A stretch of 64,000 nucleotides of DNA from Lama guanicoe (lineage: Eukaryota), in assembly GCA_013239625.1 (NCBI GenBank), contig MU057350.1, forward strand, positions 24,317,167 through 24,381,166, given 5' to 3'. Positions 50,746 to 64,000 of this stretch are shown here, piece by piece. Both the position numbers and the translations under genes were made by a program. Every line of letters begins with the position of its first letter. Position 1 is the first letter of the stretch. The notes beneath the pieces are model-generated. The model was not told the origin of the DNA, ran no database searches, and was given only the letters and a program-made list of their open reading frames with translations.

Positions 50746-51569
50746 TCATTGTTGTCACAAGTGTGACATCCAAGCTGATACTCAAACAGAAGAATAGAAA
50801 GTGAGGCAAGGAGGAGTGATCCAGCAAGAGAAAAAGGGGAAACAAATGTGCCAAAGACCAAAGGAGGAATGGAAATAAAGGCCACCCAGAGGCGAATGGT
50901 CTGTTTAGTCTGCATTTGCTGTAGCAAGGAGCCGGCCATCATCGCTAGCATTTGGCAGATACTCAAAGGCTGCCAGGGAAGAAGGAAAGCTTCATAATAA
51001 AAAAATAGGGGGAGGACTCAGATACCTTCTGACCTTGTTGTTGGCACAGGGAGGCCGGAGTTGGGCTCACTAGAACCAGGGCATCCTAGGCAGTTGGTTT
51101 GGGGAGCATGCTTGGCTTTTTCTGGTTGTTCCTGAGTTCAAAGCAGGAGGCAGAGGAGCAGAAAAACAGAGAAGCTGGCCGTTTCTGGCCACGTTCTGAT
51201 TATTCTGGACCAGCTGCTGCAGAGCTTGTGGTCTGGCTTCCCGGGCTTCCCTTTGGATCAGACTTTCACTGTCGTGTGTGGCCTGACTATTGTTTGTTTG
51301 CATACGCATTCTCTTAGAAGAGAGTGGCTCTTTCTGGGAACTACAAGTTGACTCTAAAGAGAGGGTATAGCTCATCAGAAGAGGAATAAAAATAGTGAGT
51401 GGTAAGCAAGGTAAGCAGAAGCCAAATTATGCAAGGTCCTGTGCTGCCTGTCTGTCTGTCTGGAAGAGTGGGTGACTTTAACAACAGGTCACTTATTGTG
51501 CAACTGGAACAAAATAGAAATCATTCCAGCAAGTCCATATTTGGAAGACCCATCTGTATGCTGTTACTC

Positions 51570-52188
51570 CCTGGGTGGACATACTAAGTACTCCCACCCC
51601 ACGACCAAGATCTCCATGTGGTTAATCCATGAGCCATGGAAGAACATGAGTTTACACAGCAAAAGGGACCTTGCAGATGTGCTTCAGGTAAAGGATCTTG
51701 AGATGCAAAGATTTCTCTAGATTACTCAGGTGGGCCCAATCTAGCCACATGAGTCCTCAGAAGTGAAATGGGATGGCAGAAGAGTGGGTTGAAAAGATGC
51801 AACAACAAAAGAGACACAGGAGATGGTAGCATAAAAGGGACAACCTACTATTGCTGGCTTTGAAGATGGAAGAAGGGAGCCACAAGCCAAGGAAAGCAGG
51901 TGGCCTCCAGAAGCCGAAAATGGTTCTTAGCTGACAGTCATCCAAGAAATGGAGACGTCAGGCCTACAACCCCAGAAACTGAATTCTGCCAACAACCTGA
52001 ATGAGCCAAGAGACAGACTCTCCTTTAGACCTTTGAAAAAGAAATGCAGCCCTGTAAGTCCTGTGGTTTTATCCTGGAGAGACTTACCTCAGACTGCTGA
52101 CCCACCTAACTTTAAGGTAATAATGTGTGTTGTTTTAAGCAAGCAAGCATGTCCTAATTTGTTGCAGCAACAATGGAAAACTAATGCA
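51570..52188 (+). mobile_element. MLT1D/E-like MaLR LTR
   Basis: gcaaaagggaccttgcagatgtg..., tgctggctttgaagatggaagaagggagccacaagccaagga, end gcagcaacaatggaaaactaatgca. Confidence 0.85.
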
Positions 52189-54139
52189 CTCAGTAAAGTT
52201 TATAAAGCTTTTCTTTTCTCTCTCAATAAAAGGGCATTCCACCACCCCAACCCTGGGCCTCTGTAAGCCCACATTTCCTCCTTTATAAAGTGGAATATCC
52301 AGAGATCACCAGTACAGGATCATCTTGGGATTGGTATGTGTAAGGTTTTCATAGCCAACTCCTTCTATTGGCTTTGAATATAAAAACAACAGCTTTCATT
52401 TATTGCACTCATACTATATGTACATGATGTCACACAATTTGTTTAATCCAAGCACTAAGCCCAAGAGGTGGGCATTTTTATTCTCAACAAGCATATGAAA
52501 AAACTGAGATCCAGAAAGGAAGTAATGGGCCTAAAGTAAGAATGTTGTCCGATGACACCACCAACGTTTACAGCCAGTCTGTCTCACTACAAAGATGGAA
52601 CTGTTCCCACTACAACATTCCCCTTTTCACACTTACGAACGTTTCAGAACCAGAAACATGCTGACTGTTTTACTGGCCTTAACAATCACCTACTTTGGAG
52701 CTGATTCATAATATCAGAGGGTTTCTTGTTTAATTTCTGGAGGAATTAATGATTCATAAGCATAATTAGATATGGCATGAGCATTGATGATGGCAATCAA
52801 TGGAATTCAAACAACATGATGATCCAGTCGAACTGAAGATTAAAAAAAATGTTAAGTAAAACTTTTTCTCCCTCATCAACATGGCAAAGCAACAGAGCAT
52901 TGCATAGTTAATATTTATCATCCCAGAACTGAGCACTTTACTTCTGGTCCGTACAGTGTATTTGGTGCTGTAATGAAACTTTCCCATTTTTTAAGAGCAG
53001 AGCTCCGAAGTCAGAAAATTCAGTCAAGGAACCATGGACAAATCACATGGTCTCTCAACACCCACGTCTCCTCGTCTGTAAAAGAGGAATATTAATAGTG
53101 CCACCGCACAAGAGTTGTGCATATCAAATGAGAACAAACAGGATTCTTCAGCTTTATCAGACAATTCAGGGTAACTAATTCTGTGCATAAATATGTATTT
53201 TAACATGAGTATCTGTTACTAATCTAGGGATCTTGAAGCCCTAAGAGGTCATTTGGACCCTGTTCTGCATCTGGATATTTAGGGCAGGATTGTTTTAAGT
53301 ATTAAAATTTCCAGAGCTTTCTTTCATAGTTACTATCACCTTCTTTATTTTAATGAAGCTCTTTTCTTCTTATTTGATCTTTGAAAATAGAAAACATTTT
53401 TAAGTTTTTGGTCTATTGGAAATAGGGAAAAGATGTCCACTCAGGTTAACTCAAATATAAAGACAGCATTAGAGACAAGAGGCTGAGCAGCACGGGAGGC
53501 AGTGGGCACTATCTGAAATGACAGAGAGACACCAGGTAACCAGTGGCAGAAAATAATTGCAACAGGAACTCAAGGGATTTGAAGCTGGGGGCTGAGAAAA
53601 TCTTTGCCTCTCAGGAAAGACTGGTGTCTCCCATTCCAGCTTCTCTCAACACATCTACTCCACTCCTCTCCTGCTCAAAGAACCTTCATGCATCCAATTT
53701 GCCTCAGTTTCAAAATGGCCAGTCCATCCGACAATGTTACCACATAGACCTAGTGCCGGTCACCAAAGAACTCAGCCTCCAGCCCCTCAATTCCAAACAC
53801 CCCTGAGAGAGGAAGGAAATTGGGCAGGATTAGCTTTTTAATGAAGTTACACTAATTATATGTCACAGGAAGCTAAATTTTTCCCATGTCTAGTCAGCTG
53901 TGGCCAAGAGCGGAGCAGGATAATGTAGAACAAAGAAATGGGGAGATTCCCTTAAAAGAAGCTGCAGCAGAAATTTGCAAAGGTGATGTCTCACCGCAGA
54001 AAATAACTACACTGAAATTCTCCTAGTCAAACTGTAAATGTCTTAACATAGGATTAATTTTGACCAAGTGCCTACCATGTGGCAAACATAAGATAACTCT
54101 AGGTCCACGCCCTTGTGGACCCACACCACCACTTTCTCT

Positions 54140-54636
54140 GCCTGGGTTTGTTTTCTATCACCGCTGTGACAAATTACCACAAACTTAGTGGCCTGAACCA
54201 ACACCGAGTTATTATCTTGCAGTTCTGGGCATCAGNNNNNNNNNNNNNNNNNNNNNNNNNNNNNNNNNNNNNNNNNNNNNNNNNNNNNNNNNNNNNNNNN
54301 NNNNNNNNNNNNNNNNNNNNNNNNNNNNNNNNNNNNNNNNNNNNNNNNNNNNNNNNNNNNNNNNNNNNNNNNNNNNNNNNNNNNNNNNNNNGTCTCCTCT
54401 CACCTCTGCTTCAGTCCTATATTCTCTCCCTGACTCTTATCCTCTTGCCTCCCTTTTTTAAGGATCTGGGTGATTACTCTGGTACCCTCCAGATGATCCA
54501 GGATAATCTCCCCATCCAGAGATCCTTAACTTGATCACATCTGTAAAGTCTCTTTTACCACGTAAGATTGTCTATTCACAGTTTCTAAGAATTAGGACGT
54601 GGACATCTTTGAGAGGCCATTATTCAGCCCACCACA
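54140..54636 (-). mobile_element. MLT1C/D-like MaLR LTR (partly N)
   Basis: gctgtgacaaattaccacaaacttagtggc...ccaggataatctccccatc...attattcagcccaccaca. Confidence 0.85.
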
Positions 54637-55470
54637 CCGCCTCACATGGAGCAGGAGATTAATAAATGCTTCTTTAGTTGTTTACTGAACTGCCATTCCT
54701 GCTAAGTGTGCTCATATTTTAAATCTTGAAGTGAAAAAGAAATTCTGCATAAACGTTCCTTTTTCTCTTTGTTTCCAATACTTGGGTCTTCTGTTCCCCT
54801 GAAACTTACATTTGTGGCAGATACAAAAATGCACTTGAACAGCTGAGAAAGACAGAAGTATGTGATTTCAGTTGCCAGCCCAATCTCTTCTTGTTAAACC
54901 ACGAAAACGTGACATTTGAAAGAGAAAGGGTGCATAACAATTCCATTTTGTAAAATACTCTTCCAATTCGGGAGCACAGGGTTTCAGTTACAGGTTTCCA
55001 AGTATCCTCCCATCAAGCGTTAAAATAAGGAGTCAAACCAAAAATCAAGGGTTCCTTGGAAAGGATAGTGACAAGGGCTCTCTAATTCTTTACATGCTCT
55101 TTGAGGAAATGTTTAAACAGAAAAAAAATAAATGATGGCCTTTCTGAGTTAAAACAGTTCCAATTGCTTCAACAGATCACTGCACAAGAGTGAGCAACCA
55201 CTTATTGAAATTCTGCCTACTGGAATCACCTCCAGTGCCCTCTTGTTCGTGGAAAAGTCTGTAATACTAATCAGATATGGCTTTACAAAAGTTGGTGCCA
55301 AACATAAAACGCTCGGTGCTGGGATCACGTGACCCCTACACAAGAATTGCACAAGTGATCCCCCGACGTTGTCCAGGTGGCCCCAGTGACTCCAGCCCCG
55401 CCACCACGACAACCCTCTAGTTTTTCTGCTGCCCTGCTCTTGGATTGCTGATCTACAGTGTGCTCCATGA

Positions 55471-56217
55471 GAGTGTGCAGAAAGGGCACCCTCCTACACT
55501 GTTGGTGGGAATGTAATTTGGTGCAGCCATTATGCAATATAGTATGAAGATATCTTTAAACACTAAAAATAAACTTACCATATGATCCAGCAATCCCACT
55601 CCTGGGCATATACCCAGAGGAAACACTTATTTGAAAGATACACGGATCCCAAAGTTCTTAGCAGCACTATTTACAGTGGTCAAGACATGGAAGCAACCGA
55701 AATGTCCATCAACAGATAATTAGATATAGACTGGGGGGTGTGTGTGTGTGTGTGTATGTTATATAAATAGAATACTACTCAGCCATTAAAAAGAATGAAA
55801 TTAGCCATTTGCAGCAACATAGATGGACCTACAGATTACCATACTAAGTAAAATAAACCAGAGAAAGACAAATATCCTGTGATATCGTTCATATGTGTAA
55901 ATATGAACTTATTTACAAAACAGAAACAGACTCACAGACATAGAAAACAAACTTATGGTTATCAAAGGGGAAAGGTGGTAGGCATAAATTCTGAATTCGG
56001 GATTTGCAGACACTAGCTGCTATATATAAAAATAGGTAAACAATAAGGTCCTATTGAATAGCACAGGAAAAATATTCAGTATCTTGTAATAATCTACAAT
56101 GAAAAAGAATATTAAAAAGAATATATGTATGTGTATAACTCAATCACTATGCTATACACCAGAAACTAACACAGCATTGCACATCAACTATATACTTCAA
56201 TAAAAAATTTAAAAAAA
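55471..56217 (+). mobile_element. L1 3' end (artiodactyl-type 3'UTR)
   Basis: ORF2 tail (ctacactgttggtgggaatgtaa..., ttaccatatgatccagcaatcccactcctggg), 3'UTR and A-tail. Degenerate TSD tacagtgtgctccatga / tacgtgttctccatga. Confidence 0.92.
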
Positions 56218-56287
56218 TACGTGTTCTCCATGAACTTCTGTGTATCTTAGGTTGGTTTTAAATAATTGGGTATGCTGACATATTGTA

Positions 56288-56606
56288 CAGGTCCATAATC
56301 CTTTATTTGCAAATCTTGGCAGTCAAGTTTTCAGAATTGGGGGGTTAGAAAAGAAACACAAAGTAAATACTATTAAGTTTAACACCCCTGGTAGGTCTGG
56401 GTCAGTATCCCTTAATATTCCTGCAGTAAAATATATAAATATTCTCACCAAGCAGAATAAACTGAGATGATAACAACCCAGGTTGTTTAACATCAACCCA
56501 GGTCAGCTTTTGCTGCCAAGTTTGTTTCAGAAATAAACTTACTAAAAAGGATTCAATATTCAGAAACTTATGGTTTTAGAATTTCAGATAAGGGATTATG
56601 CACCTA
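56288..56606. mobile_element. Tigger-family MITE (MER46C-like)
   Basis: Imperfect TIRs caggtccataatcctttatttgcaaat / atttcagataagggattatgcaccta, flanked by TA on both sides. Confidence 0.8.
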
Positions 56607-57985
56607 TATTACAAGTTGGTAGGTCGGTTTATTTTTTCTTTAATTTTTGTTGTTGTTGTTGTTTAGTATCCACGTGGAAGCTCAGGGAAAAGTTCCAACT
56701 CCTACAATCAAAGGCTAGAACACTGGAAAGAGTTTTAGGAACACAGTGCACCCCCTTCATGTTACCATCAGGGAAACTGTGGCACAAGTGGTACGAGTGG
56801 TTTGAGGAGGTTGTAAATTGTCTAGACAAGAACCTACACTGTTGACAGCAGGCAGACCCAGGGTGAACTCAGCTCTAACTAAATGTGTCATCTTGGCAAA
56901 TTTATCCCCGGCCTTATTCCCCAGAGGACCATGATTCTCTCTGTGTAGAGAAGACCCTTGCTCACAGGGCTGTTAGGAGCATTAAATCAGCAAAAGCAGG
57001 TGTGGTACTTGGCACAGTGAGCTGCACATACTACGTGCTCAGTAAAAGACAACCATTGCTACCCTTAGGTGATTTTCATGGTTGTTATTGACCTGATGCA
57101 AGTAAATTAGTAAGTATTTACCGAATTCCTCCTGCAAGACACTGTAATAGATCACAGGGATGAACAAGGCAGAATTATCTGCCCATTACTCTGTAAACAA
57201 TTTCAGGGACTGCCTTACAACTGTGTTTTTAGTACACAGCACAGTCCCTGACACAGTAGACACTTAATATGTGTTTGTTGAGTTGAATTAAACTCAAAGT
57301 GGTCACAATCTAATAGGGGATGTAATAATGCTAAGAGTGAAAAATGTAAGAAGTACCTAAGAGTTTTTCAAAGTGCTATGGGAATTTAAAAAAAAAAGAT
57401 TTCTTTTTGTCTTGGAATAGGGAAGGACTCTAAAGAGGAGGAAACATCTGTGCTAAACTTTAACAGGAGACTAAACATTCATCGGGTATAGTTGAGAGTT
57501 TAAAAAAAAACGGTGGGGGGTGCATTACAGGCAGAAGGAAGAGCTTAAGAAAATTTCTACAAAGGTGGACAACTGCGTAGTATGTTTAATAAGAAGTGGG
57601 CTATGTGCTTAGGGCATTGTGTGGAGAAACTGCATGGACCACATGCACGGCGGAATTAATTTCAGTCTGTAATGCTTCGGAGGTGAGTTAAGACAAAGTC
57701 AAATAAAATCTGGAATGATATATGAAGGAGTTAGATAACTAAAGACATGTTTATCTTGCTTTGTTTTAGCAGAAGACAATGCAGGCCAGCATGACTTGGG
57801 CCAAGCATTCGGAAAATTGCTGTGGTGGCATTTTGTACAAAGGATTAAAGGACAAAGAAAGAGAATGAAAGTAAGTAGGCCTATCAAGGTATATCAAAAA
57901 GCCCTTGATGAGAATGACAAGCACCTGAAGCAGGGCAGGGACAGAAAGACAGCCAGGAGGGGAGAAGTGAAGGAGACATAAGGAA

Positions 57986-58125
57986 GGGGGTAGGTGTAGC
58001 TCAGTGGTAGATCATATGTTTAGTATGTGGAGGTCCTGGGCTCAATCCCCAGTACCTCCATTAAAATAGATAAGCAAGGAAATAAACCTAATTGCCTCCT
58101 CCCCCCTCCAGAAAAAAATTTTTAA
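57986..58125 (+). mobile_element. Vic-1-type camelid SINE, more diverged copy
   Basis: gtagctcagtggtag...ggtcctgggctcaatccccagtacctccattaaaa...aaacctaattgcctcc; sits inside an L2 relic. Confidence 0.9.
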
Positions 58126-58691
58126 AGAGGTATACAGAGAATGGATCATATCTGGCAACCAATTAGACATAAGAAGCAAAGAAAACAGCAGATTCAAAAA
58201 TTACCCTTAGTTTTTAGACTCTGAGGGTTATAATGATGCTAGAGAAAAGAGAGGGTATAGATGATGGGTTAGGATGGTAGGAAATTATGAGTTAATTTTT
58301 AAACTGAACAACAAATTACTCACTGTTCAAAGTCAAAAAAAAAAAAAAACAAAAACAAAAACCTGGCCAGTGATACCAAGAAAGTAGACCTTTAACCAAC
58401 AGCAGTTAGTTGCAGAGGCTAAAGTCTTAAGAATCAAGTAATGGGCCTGCTGATCTTGTCCTTATCTGGGGGAGGCCATGCTAAGGCCGCGTGCTACAGG
58501 GGAGTCCATGAGCTGTGGTTCCCTTTCACAGTATAGAGATTACACTGCAAGGGCACAAGTCCACCCAGGAGCCGCGTCACAGGTTGCCCTGCTCTGCAGA
58601 CAGTGAGATAACTGACTCAAAAAGAACCCCTGAGTATCTCTGCAGGCCCTCTGAGCTGGAAGGGAGGTGAGACAGGCCGGTGCTTTCACAC

Positions 58692-58797
58692 AGGGCCCTG
58701 CAAGTGCCCAGCTTGCAGCTGTGAGATGCTGAGAGTACAGGCCTCTTGAATTTTGTACATTAGGTACCCCCTTGCCTCACCCCTAGTCCCAACCCTA
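58692..58797. mobile_element. MER96-like hAT MITE, half copy
   Basis: End cttgcctcacccctagtcccaaccct with upstream gaattttg matches the recalled MER96 arm. Confidence 0.55.
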
Positions 58798-58871
58798 GGA
58801 GTAATGTAAACTCTTTTCCAGAACAAAGGAGCAATAAAAGTTCTTTATTAAGAAGTCGTTACGTTGTCATG

Positions 58872-59063
58872 CAGGAGTCACAAAACTTTCCCTACAAAGG
58901 ACCAGGCTTTGCAGGCTGTCTTCAATTCTACTGTGGTAGTGGGAAAGACCAGAGACCCGAGACCACCTGTAAGAAATGGGCACGATCACACTGCAGTAAA
59001 ACTTTGTTTACAAAAATAGGATCAGGCCAAGTTTGGCCCTCGGGTGACACTTTGTCAACCCTG
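58872..59063. mobile_element. MER58A-like hAT-Charlie MITE
   Basis: caggagtcacaaaactttc...cagtaaaactttgtttacaaaaatagg...tttgtcaaccctg. Confidence 0.75.
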
Positions 59064-59279
59064 TTGTGTGGAAGGAGCTAACCAACCTTAGGATTACATT
59101 CCAGATCCATCAAAAAATACAAATTTATAAAATCTCTGGATCTGAACATGCACCTCTGTAAAATATGATAATGATACCTTCCTCGTTTATTTGTGGAGAT
59201 TAGAAAAAAATGTATGTAAAATGCCTCATAAATAATAGGCTTTCAAATAAGGCGGTGGTCTTTTTAATTACAAGTCATA

Positions 59280-59535
59280 ATATGAATAATAGCTAACACT
59301 GATTGAATGCTTTTACAATATACAGGCTTCTGTGTAAAGCACTTTGAAAGATTGTTCATTTAACCTTCCAGCAACACTCTGAAGTCCGGACTATTACAGT
59401 ATACCTTTCTACTCACGGGGAAACTGAGGCACCAAGCAGTGCCCAAGAGATGCTCACACAGATAGTAAATGAAATTGCTGGCACTTACTCCCAAGTAAAC
59501 AGACTCCCGGGGCTTTGGTACTAACCTCTGTGCTA
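59280..59535 (-). mobile_element. MIR SINE
   Basis: aataatagctaacactgattgaatgctt...ggggaaactgaggcac. Confidence 0.75.
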
Positions 59536-59925
59536 GTTAATTAGCTCCACTAACTCAGCTCCAGTTCAGCTCAGAATCTTCTCAAATTCTGCAGGGCTTT
59601 TCATGACGCATCACAGCCTAACACAACTGCAAACAGTTTATACACAACATTTGGAAATTCACCTTCAGGTTAACACTCATATAACATCTTACTCCAACCC
59701 CCTCCCTATTTCCACGCCTCCCAACAAAGAGCCCCAGATGAGGAAAATCAGAACAGTACTGAGACAGCTAATGCAAGCCCATTTCAAAAAATGTATCCTA
59801 TAATCACTCTAAAAACTTGCCATTTCAAAGCTACACTGCAGANNNNNNNNNNNNNNNNNNNNNNNNNNNNNNNNNNNNNNNNNNNNNNNNNNNNNNNNNN
59901 NNNNNNNNNNNNNNNNNNNNNNNNN

Positions 59926-60153
59926 NNNNNNNNNNNNNNNNNNNNNNNNNNNNNNNNNNNNNNNNNNNNNNNNNNNNNNNNNNNNNNNNNNNNNNNNNNN
60001 NNNNNNNNNNNNNNNNNNNNNNNNNNNNNNNNNNNNNNNNNNNNNNNNNNNNNNNNNNNNNNNNNNNNNNNNNNNNNNNNNNNNNNNNNNNNNNNNNNNN
60101 NNGGGTGAATGTGTCCCAGACACTAGGGCCTTTTCCATCTGCATCCCAGCCTC
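59926..60153 (-). CDS. GBA3: GBA3 exon 2; only 60103-60153 is visible, the rest lies under N-run 59843-60102 (start coordinate inferred)
   Basis: Polypyrimidine acceptor ttttcttctttttctcag|GA at 60154, then (G)GWDADGKGPSVWDTFT, the GH1 N-terminal signature. Left boundary inferred from a 228-nt exon, as needed to reach ...INQK/G. Confidence 0.88.
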
Positions 60154-60722
60154 CTGAGAAAAAGAAGAAAATGAAACGGTTACACTCTTGACATCAAGAG
60201 GCATATGTGGAATGCAAATATTTGCCACCAAAAGAACATCCCTCATTAACTCAATGTACCATATTTATAACTTTAAAATATGCCTTTAAAATAACATGCC
60301 TGAGCGGCATATATGCATAAAATAACAGCTGTCCTTGATCCCTGAAGCTGACTGGTGGCAAATGAAAAATTACTGCATGAGGCCGCTGCATAGCAGGCTT
60401 TCGTGGTTCATTATCTGAAGATCTCTCAGCTGGTAGACAGAGGCAGGACTCCGCTTATGAATGTCTGAGTTGAAAACATCTCCTCCTCATGCACATTTTC
60501 CCAGCCATAACTGACACGCCTCGTCCTTGTTGGGTAGGAAGCAAAGTCTTGGGACCTTATCTTTGGCCCCCAACACCTGAACCCTATCCGCCTGTCATCT
60601 GACAATGGAGCCCGTGATGATCCAGTCAGTTACCGTGGGGAGGGCACTAGTTTCTGCCATTGTTAAGATGATTCTGATACCCTACATTCATTCATTCATA
60701 TCTCCTTTAATTCAATAAATGC

Positions 60723-60861
60723 GGGGGGAGGGTAGAGCTCAGCGGTAGAATGTGTGCCTAGCATGCACGTGGTCCTGGGTTCAATCCCCAGTCCCTCCAT
60801 TAAAAAAAAAATAAATAAATAAATACAAACCTAATTACCTCCCCGTCAAAGCCAAACAAAC
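60723..60861 (+). mobile_element. Vic-1-type camelid SINE
   Basis: ggggagggtagagctcagcggtag...ggtcctgggttcaatccccagt...aaacctaattacctcccc. Short TSD aaatgc; inserted into an L2 3' end. Confidence 0.92.
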
Positions 60862-61848
60862 AAATGCTATGTATGTGTCAGACTGGATGCTAAGCACAGG
60901 GGATACGAGGGTGCACTCTGCCGTGCTATTTGTCCTTGGACAACTTGGCTACATGCAATTATAAAACAGCTGACATAAGGACCCTTGCAAGAAAGCTAGG
61001 GAGGAGTGTTTATCCAGATGTGGGCTGGAGTCAGAAGTCTCAGAGAAGTGACTTCTAGACTGAAAAATAAAGGAAATGTTGAATCATCAAGGTGAATTTC
61101 TGGGAGGTAGGGAAGAAACAGAAGAAAAAAGAGCTAGGATCAGAACAAGCCCAAGAGGGAAGAGAGAGGGTCACCCGTTAAAGGGACAGACAGTAAAAAT
61201 TACAAGATTTGAAATATCTGTTCACATAGAAATGTTATTTAAAATGGTAGTTAGAATCCATTTTATGGTATAAAGGATTAATTTTAAAAATCTCATGACT
61301 CCCTAATTCCATTTCTAAGGGCATACCCTGGAGAAACGCTCATGTATTCTCACAAAGAGAGTAAATGAGATGACTGAAGGAGAGTTTTTGGTAATAGCAA
61401 AGTCCTAGAAACAACCCATGTCCTGTCACCAATAGAACAGATCTTTAATTTGAGGCACATCCACAGAGAAAACGCTAATCAGCAGTTAGCGTGAACGCAT
61501 CACGTGACAACCTTTGTGTTGTTTATGAGACGGGTTAGGGAGAGGTTCCACCAAGTAGGGCACTGGATTGCGAGAATTGAAGCTTGCCCAGAATCTGTGT
61601 GGTGGGCCCTGTGATGTGGCGTCCATATGAGAGAATTATGTTTAGATAGCCTTCTACGAAAAATTTAAAACCATGCAAATGTGCATGTCCAGCTGCAATG
61701 TGATTTTACATTGACTTAATGTCTGGCTCTTTATACTCTCTGCTCATTGTCAGAAAACTTCCTAGGCTGGCAAAGGATTTGGATTAAATAGAAAAAATAA
61801 AATAAAATTTAAAAATTCAATGAATGAATCAGAGCATAGATAACCCTC

Positions 61849-62184
61849 TGCTCTGGTCTGAATGTGTCCCCCTAAATTCAGATGTTGAAATCCTAATGCC
61901 CATTGTGATGGTCTTAGGAAATGGGGCTCTGGAGAGGTGCTTAAGCCATGAGAGTGGAGCCCTCAAGAATGAAATTAGGGCTCCTAAAGGGAGAACCCCT
62001 AGCATTCCCTAGCTCCCGCTGCCACGTGAGAATCCAAGAAGTCTGTGATGCATAAGAGGACCATGCTGGCTGGCATCCTAATCCCCAATTTCCAGCACCC
62101 AGAACTGTGCGAAATAAATGTTTGTTGCCTATAAACCCCCAAATTTATGGTTTTTTGTTATAGCAGTCCAAATGGACTATGACA
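61849..62184 (+). mobile_element. MLT1A0-like MaLR LTR
   Basis: tgctctggtctgaatgtgtccccctaaattc...catgagagtggagccctca...tgttatagcagtccaaatggactatgaca (TG...CA termini). Confidence 0.85.
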
Positions 62185-62229
62185 TCCTTAAAACTATAAT
62201 GTTAAACAAACAAAAAAAATCAAGATTCC

Positions 62230-62610
62230 AAAGGATGTATGCAGGAATGAAGACATGGAGCACAGGAGAGTTTTAGGGCAGTGAAAGTGCTAAAATTGTA
62301 TGCGGATTTTACCCTGTGCAGGGGGTCGGTGCCCTAACCCTCATATTGTTGAAAGGTCAGCTGTATTCTGTGTGATACCATCATGGTGGATACAAGACAT
62401 TATCTATTTGTCAACAGCCATAAACTATGAACTTTATTAATAATATTGTATCAATATTCACCCACCACCTGTAACAAATATCCCACACGAATGCTAGATG
62501 TTAATAGTAGGGGAAACTGGGGAAGTGAGATACATGAGAACTCTAATTTCTGCTCAATTTTTCTATAAACCTAAAGTTGCTCCAAAATATAAAGGCTATT
62601 AATTTTTAAG
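62230..62610 (+). mobile_element. L1MC-like 3'UTR with an inserted Tigger terminal fragment (about 62303-62362)
   Basis: ttttagggcagtgaaa...tattctgtgtgataccatcatggtggatacaagacattat is interrupted by ggggtcggtgccctaaccctcatattgttgaaaggtcagctg+ta. Confidence 0.7.
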
Positions 62611-63764
62611 AGAATATATATAGTACATTTATCATATTTTATATATTTAAAATATGTGAAACAATCCCTGGATTTTCTGAACAGATACGTATGAAGTAAA
62701 TGTGTAACGACATGTCTGGGGGTGATCAATTCAGGCTAGTGGTTCCCTTTGGGGAGAAAAGGGAGGTATGTGTTTCATTCCTTAAGTGGGCTAACAGCTG
62801 TTGATTACTTTATACACAATCCTGTTTTTATACCCAAAATAGTTCATAATGACTTTCATGTAAGAAAAGAGGTCACAGCTAGAATCAAGTAGACTAAAGC
62901 AATTACAAGAAAGCCCTTTAGGTCCTCACTTAGCATCTATGTACCCATACCTAGTGCACAGTTTTAATACGATTAAGTGTAGTCTCCAGACCAGCAAAAA
63001 GACAAGATGGGCTGTACCTTATGGAACGGAACCCTGGGGAGACAGGAGAGGCTATTAAAAGGAGGAGATCTGACAAAAGCAAAAATGACAGTTGATGTCA
63101 AGGTAGGGTACCAAAGATCTGCACAAAGAAATCATGAATAATAAAGCTGACTGTACTCTGGAGCCATGTCATAGAAGCAAAATTTTTATATATCCCAATG
63201 GCTCTCAAGTTATGTCTATATATGGGGTTTAGAGGGAGGGAGAAAAAAATACTGGTCTTCAATCTTAGAAGGAAATAGGTGTGAATAGTAAACTACAATT
63301 TTGGTCAAGCATGGTGCTCATAGCTTTGGATAATTTATTTAAAATTAATGAAGAAGCTTAATCTTAAAGATCTTAGGCAATGGTGTGCTATAAATATTAA
63401 CAACTGGCTATATGTTTTAAAAGGTATATACCTATATGTATATATGTGTTTATTATAAACTTTACTGATATAAGGGGTGTGTAATATACAATTTCCAAAT
63501 AATAATATGCAATGCTCTTTACTGTAAATTCTATACAGCCAACTGACTCTCATAGAATGCTTGTTTACATTTTTGCCAGATTCTTACATTGGTAGCCAAC
63601 CTACGATATACAACCTAACAAATGGGAGTATTTATCACTTACGTAACTGTTGACAAATGTCTTTGCTTAAATTATCAGGCACATTGAAAAGAAAATTACA
63701 AAGATATACCAGAATTTCACTTGTTTATCAGTGACATTGAGCAACTTCTTTGCCGAATTGGACA

Positions 63765-64000
63765 ACAGTTCTCAAACACTGGTAAAATATTGCCCAGAAT
63801 CTTTTGTCTACTCAAAATGTAACAGTTACAGACCTGACACACATACATTTACTCTGCATTATTAATATTTTCTCTATCACTTTCTTAGGTCCAGACAACC
63901 AACAAGACAATAAATCAAATACTGAATTATAAGCACTTGCCAATTTCTTTGGTGTAAACACTCCACATGACCAGTTTCAGGGAACCAATGGGATAGCACT
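63765..64000. mobile_element. MER63-like hAT-Blackjack fragment
   Basis: cttgccaatttctttggtgtaaacactccacatgaccagtttcag. Confidence 0.55.

Noticed and set aside
51361-51374. gagggtatagctca matching the Vic-1 5' end
   Set aside because: Only 14 nt, with no B box or tail.
60154-64000. Search for GBA3 exon 1 and promoter
   Set aside because: No MAFP...AAYQVEG-coding sequence seen; probably beyond the right edge.

Overview
Mammalian genomic DNA, very probably camelid (camel/alpaca), judged from three Vic-1-type tRNA-derived SINEs and a camelid-type L1 3' end. The only host gene I can support is GBA3 (cytosolic beta-glucosidase, glycoside hydrolase family 1) on the minus strand. Exon 2 is mostly under an N-run (51 nt visible). 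Exon 3 (47494-48290) and exon 4 (45574-45697) are complete, in frame, with canonical splice sites and both catalytic glutamates. Exons 1 and 5 are not visible, so 1-45573 is probably the long last intron. The rest is repeat-rich intron: L1, L2, L3/CR1, MIR, MaLR/ERVL LTRs and hAT/Tigger relics. Nearly all ORFs in the track are spurious or repeat-derived. I cannot support a novel biological system here. The best leads are: non-conservative changes at conserved GH1 positions in GBA3 (possible relaxed selection), a young L1 with a perfect TSD in intron 3, a nested tandem duplication at 844-1358, a twin-priming L1 inversion, and N-runs that appear length-exact. Repeat subfamily names and human GBA3 comparisons are from recall, not from a search.
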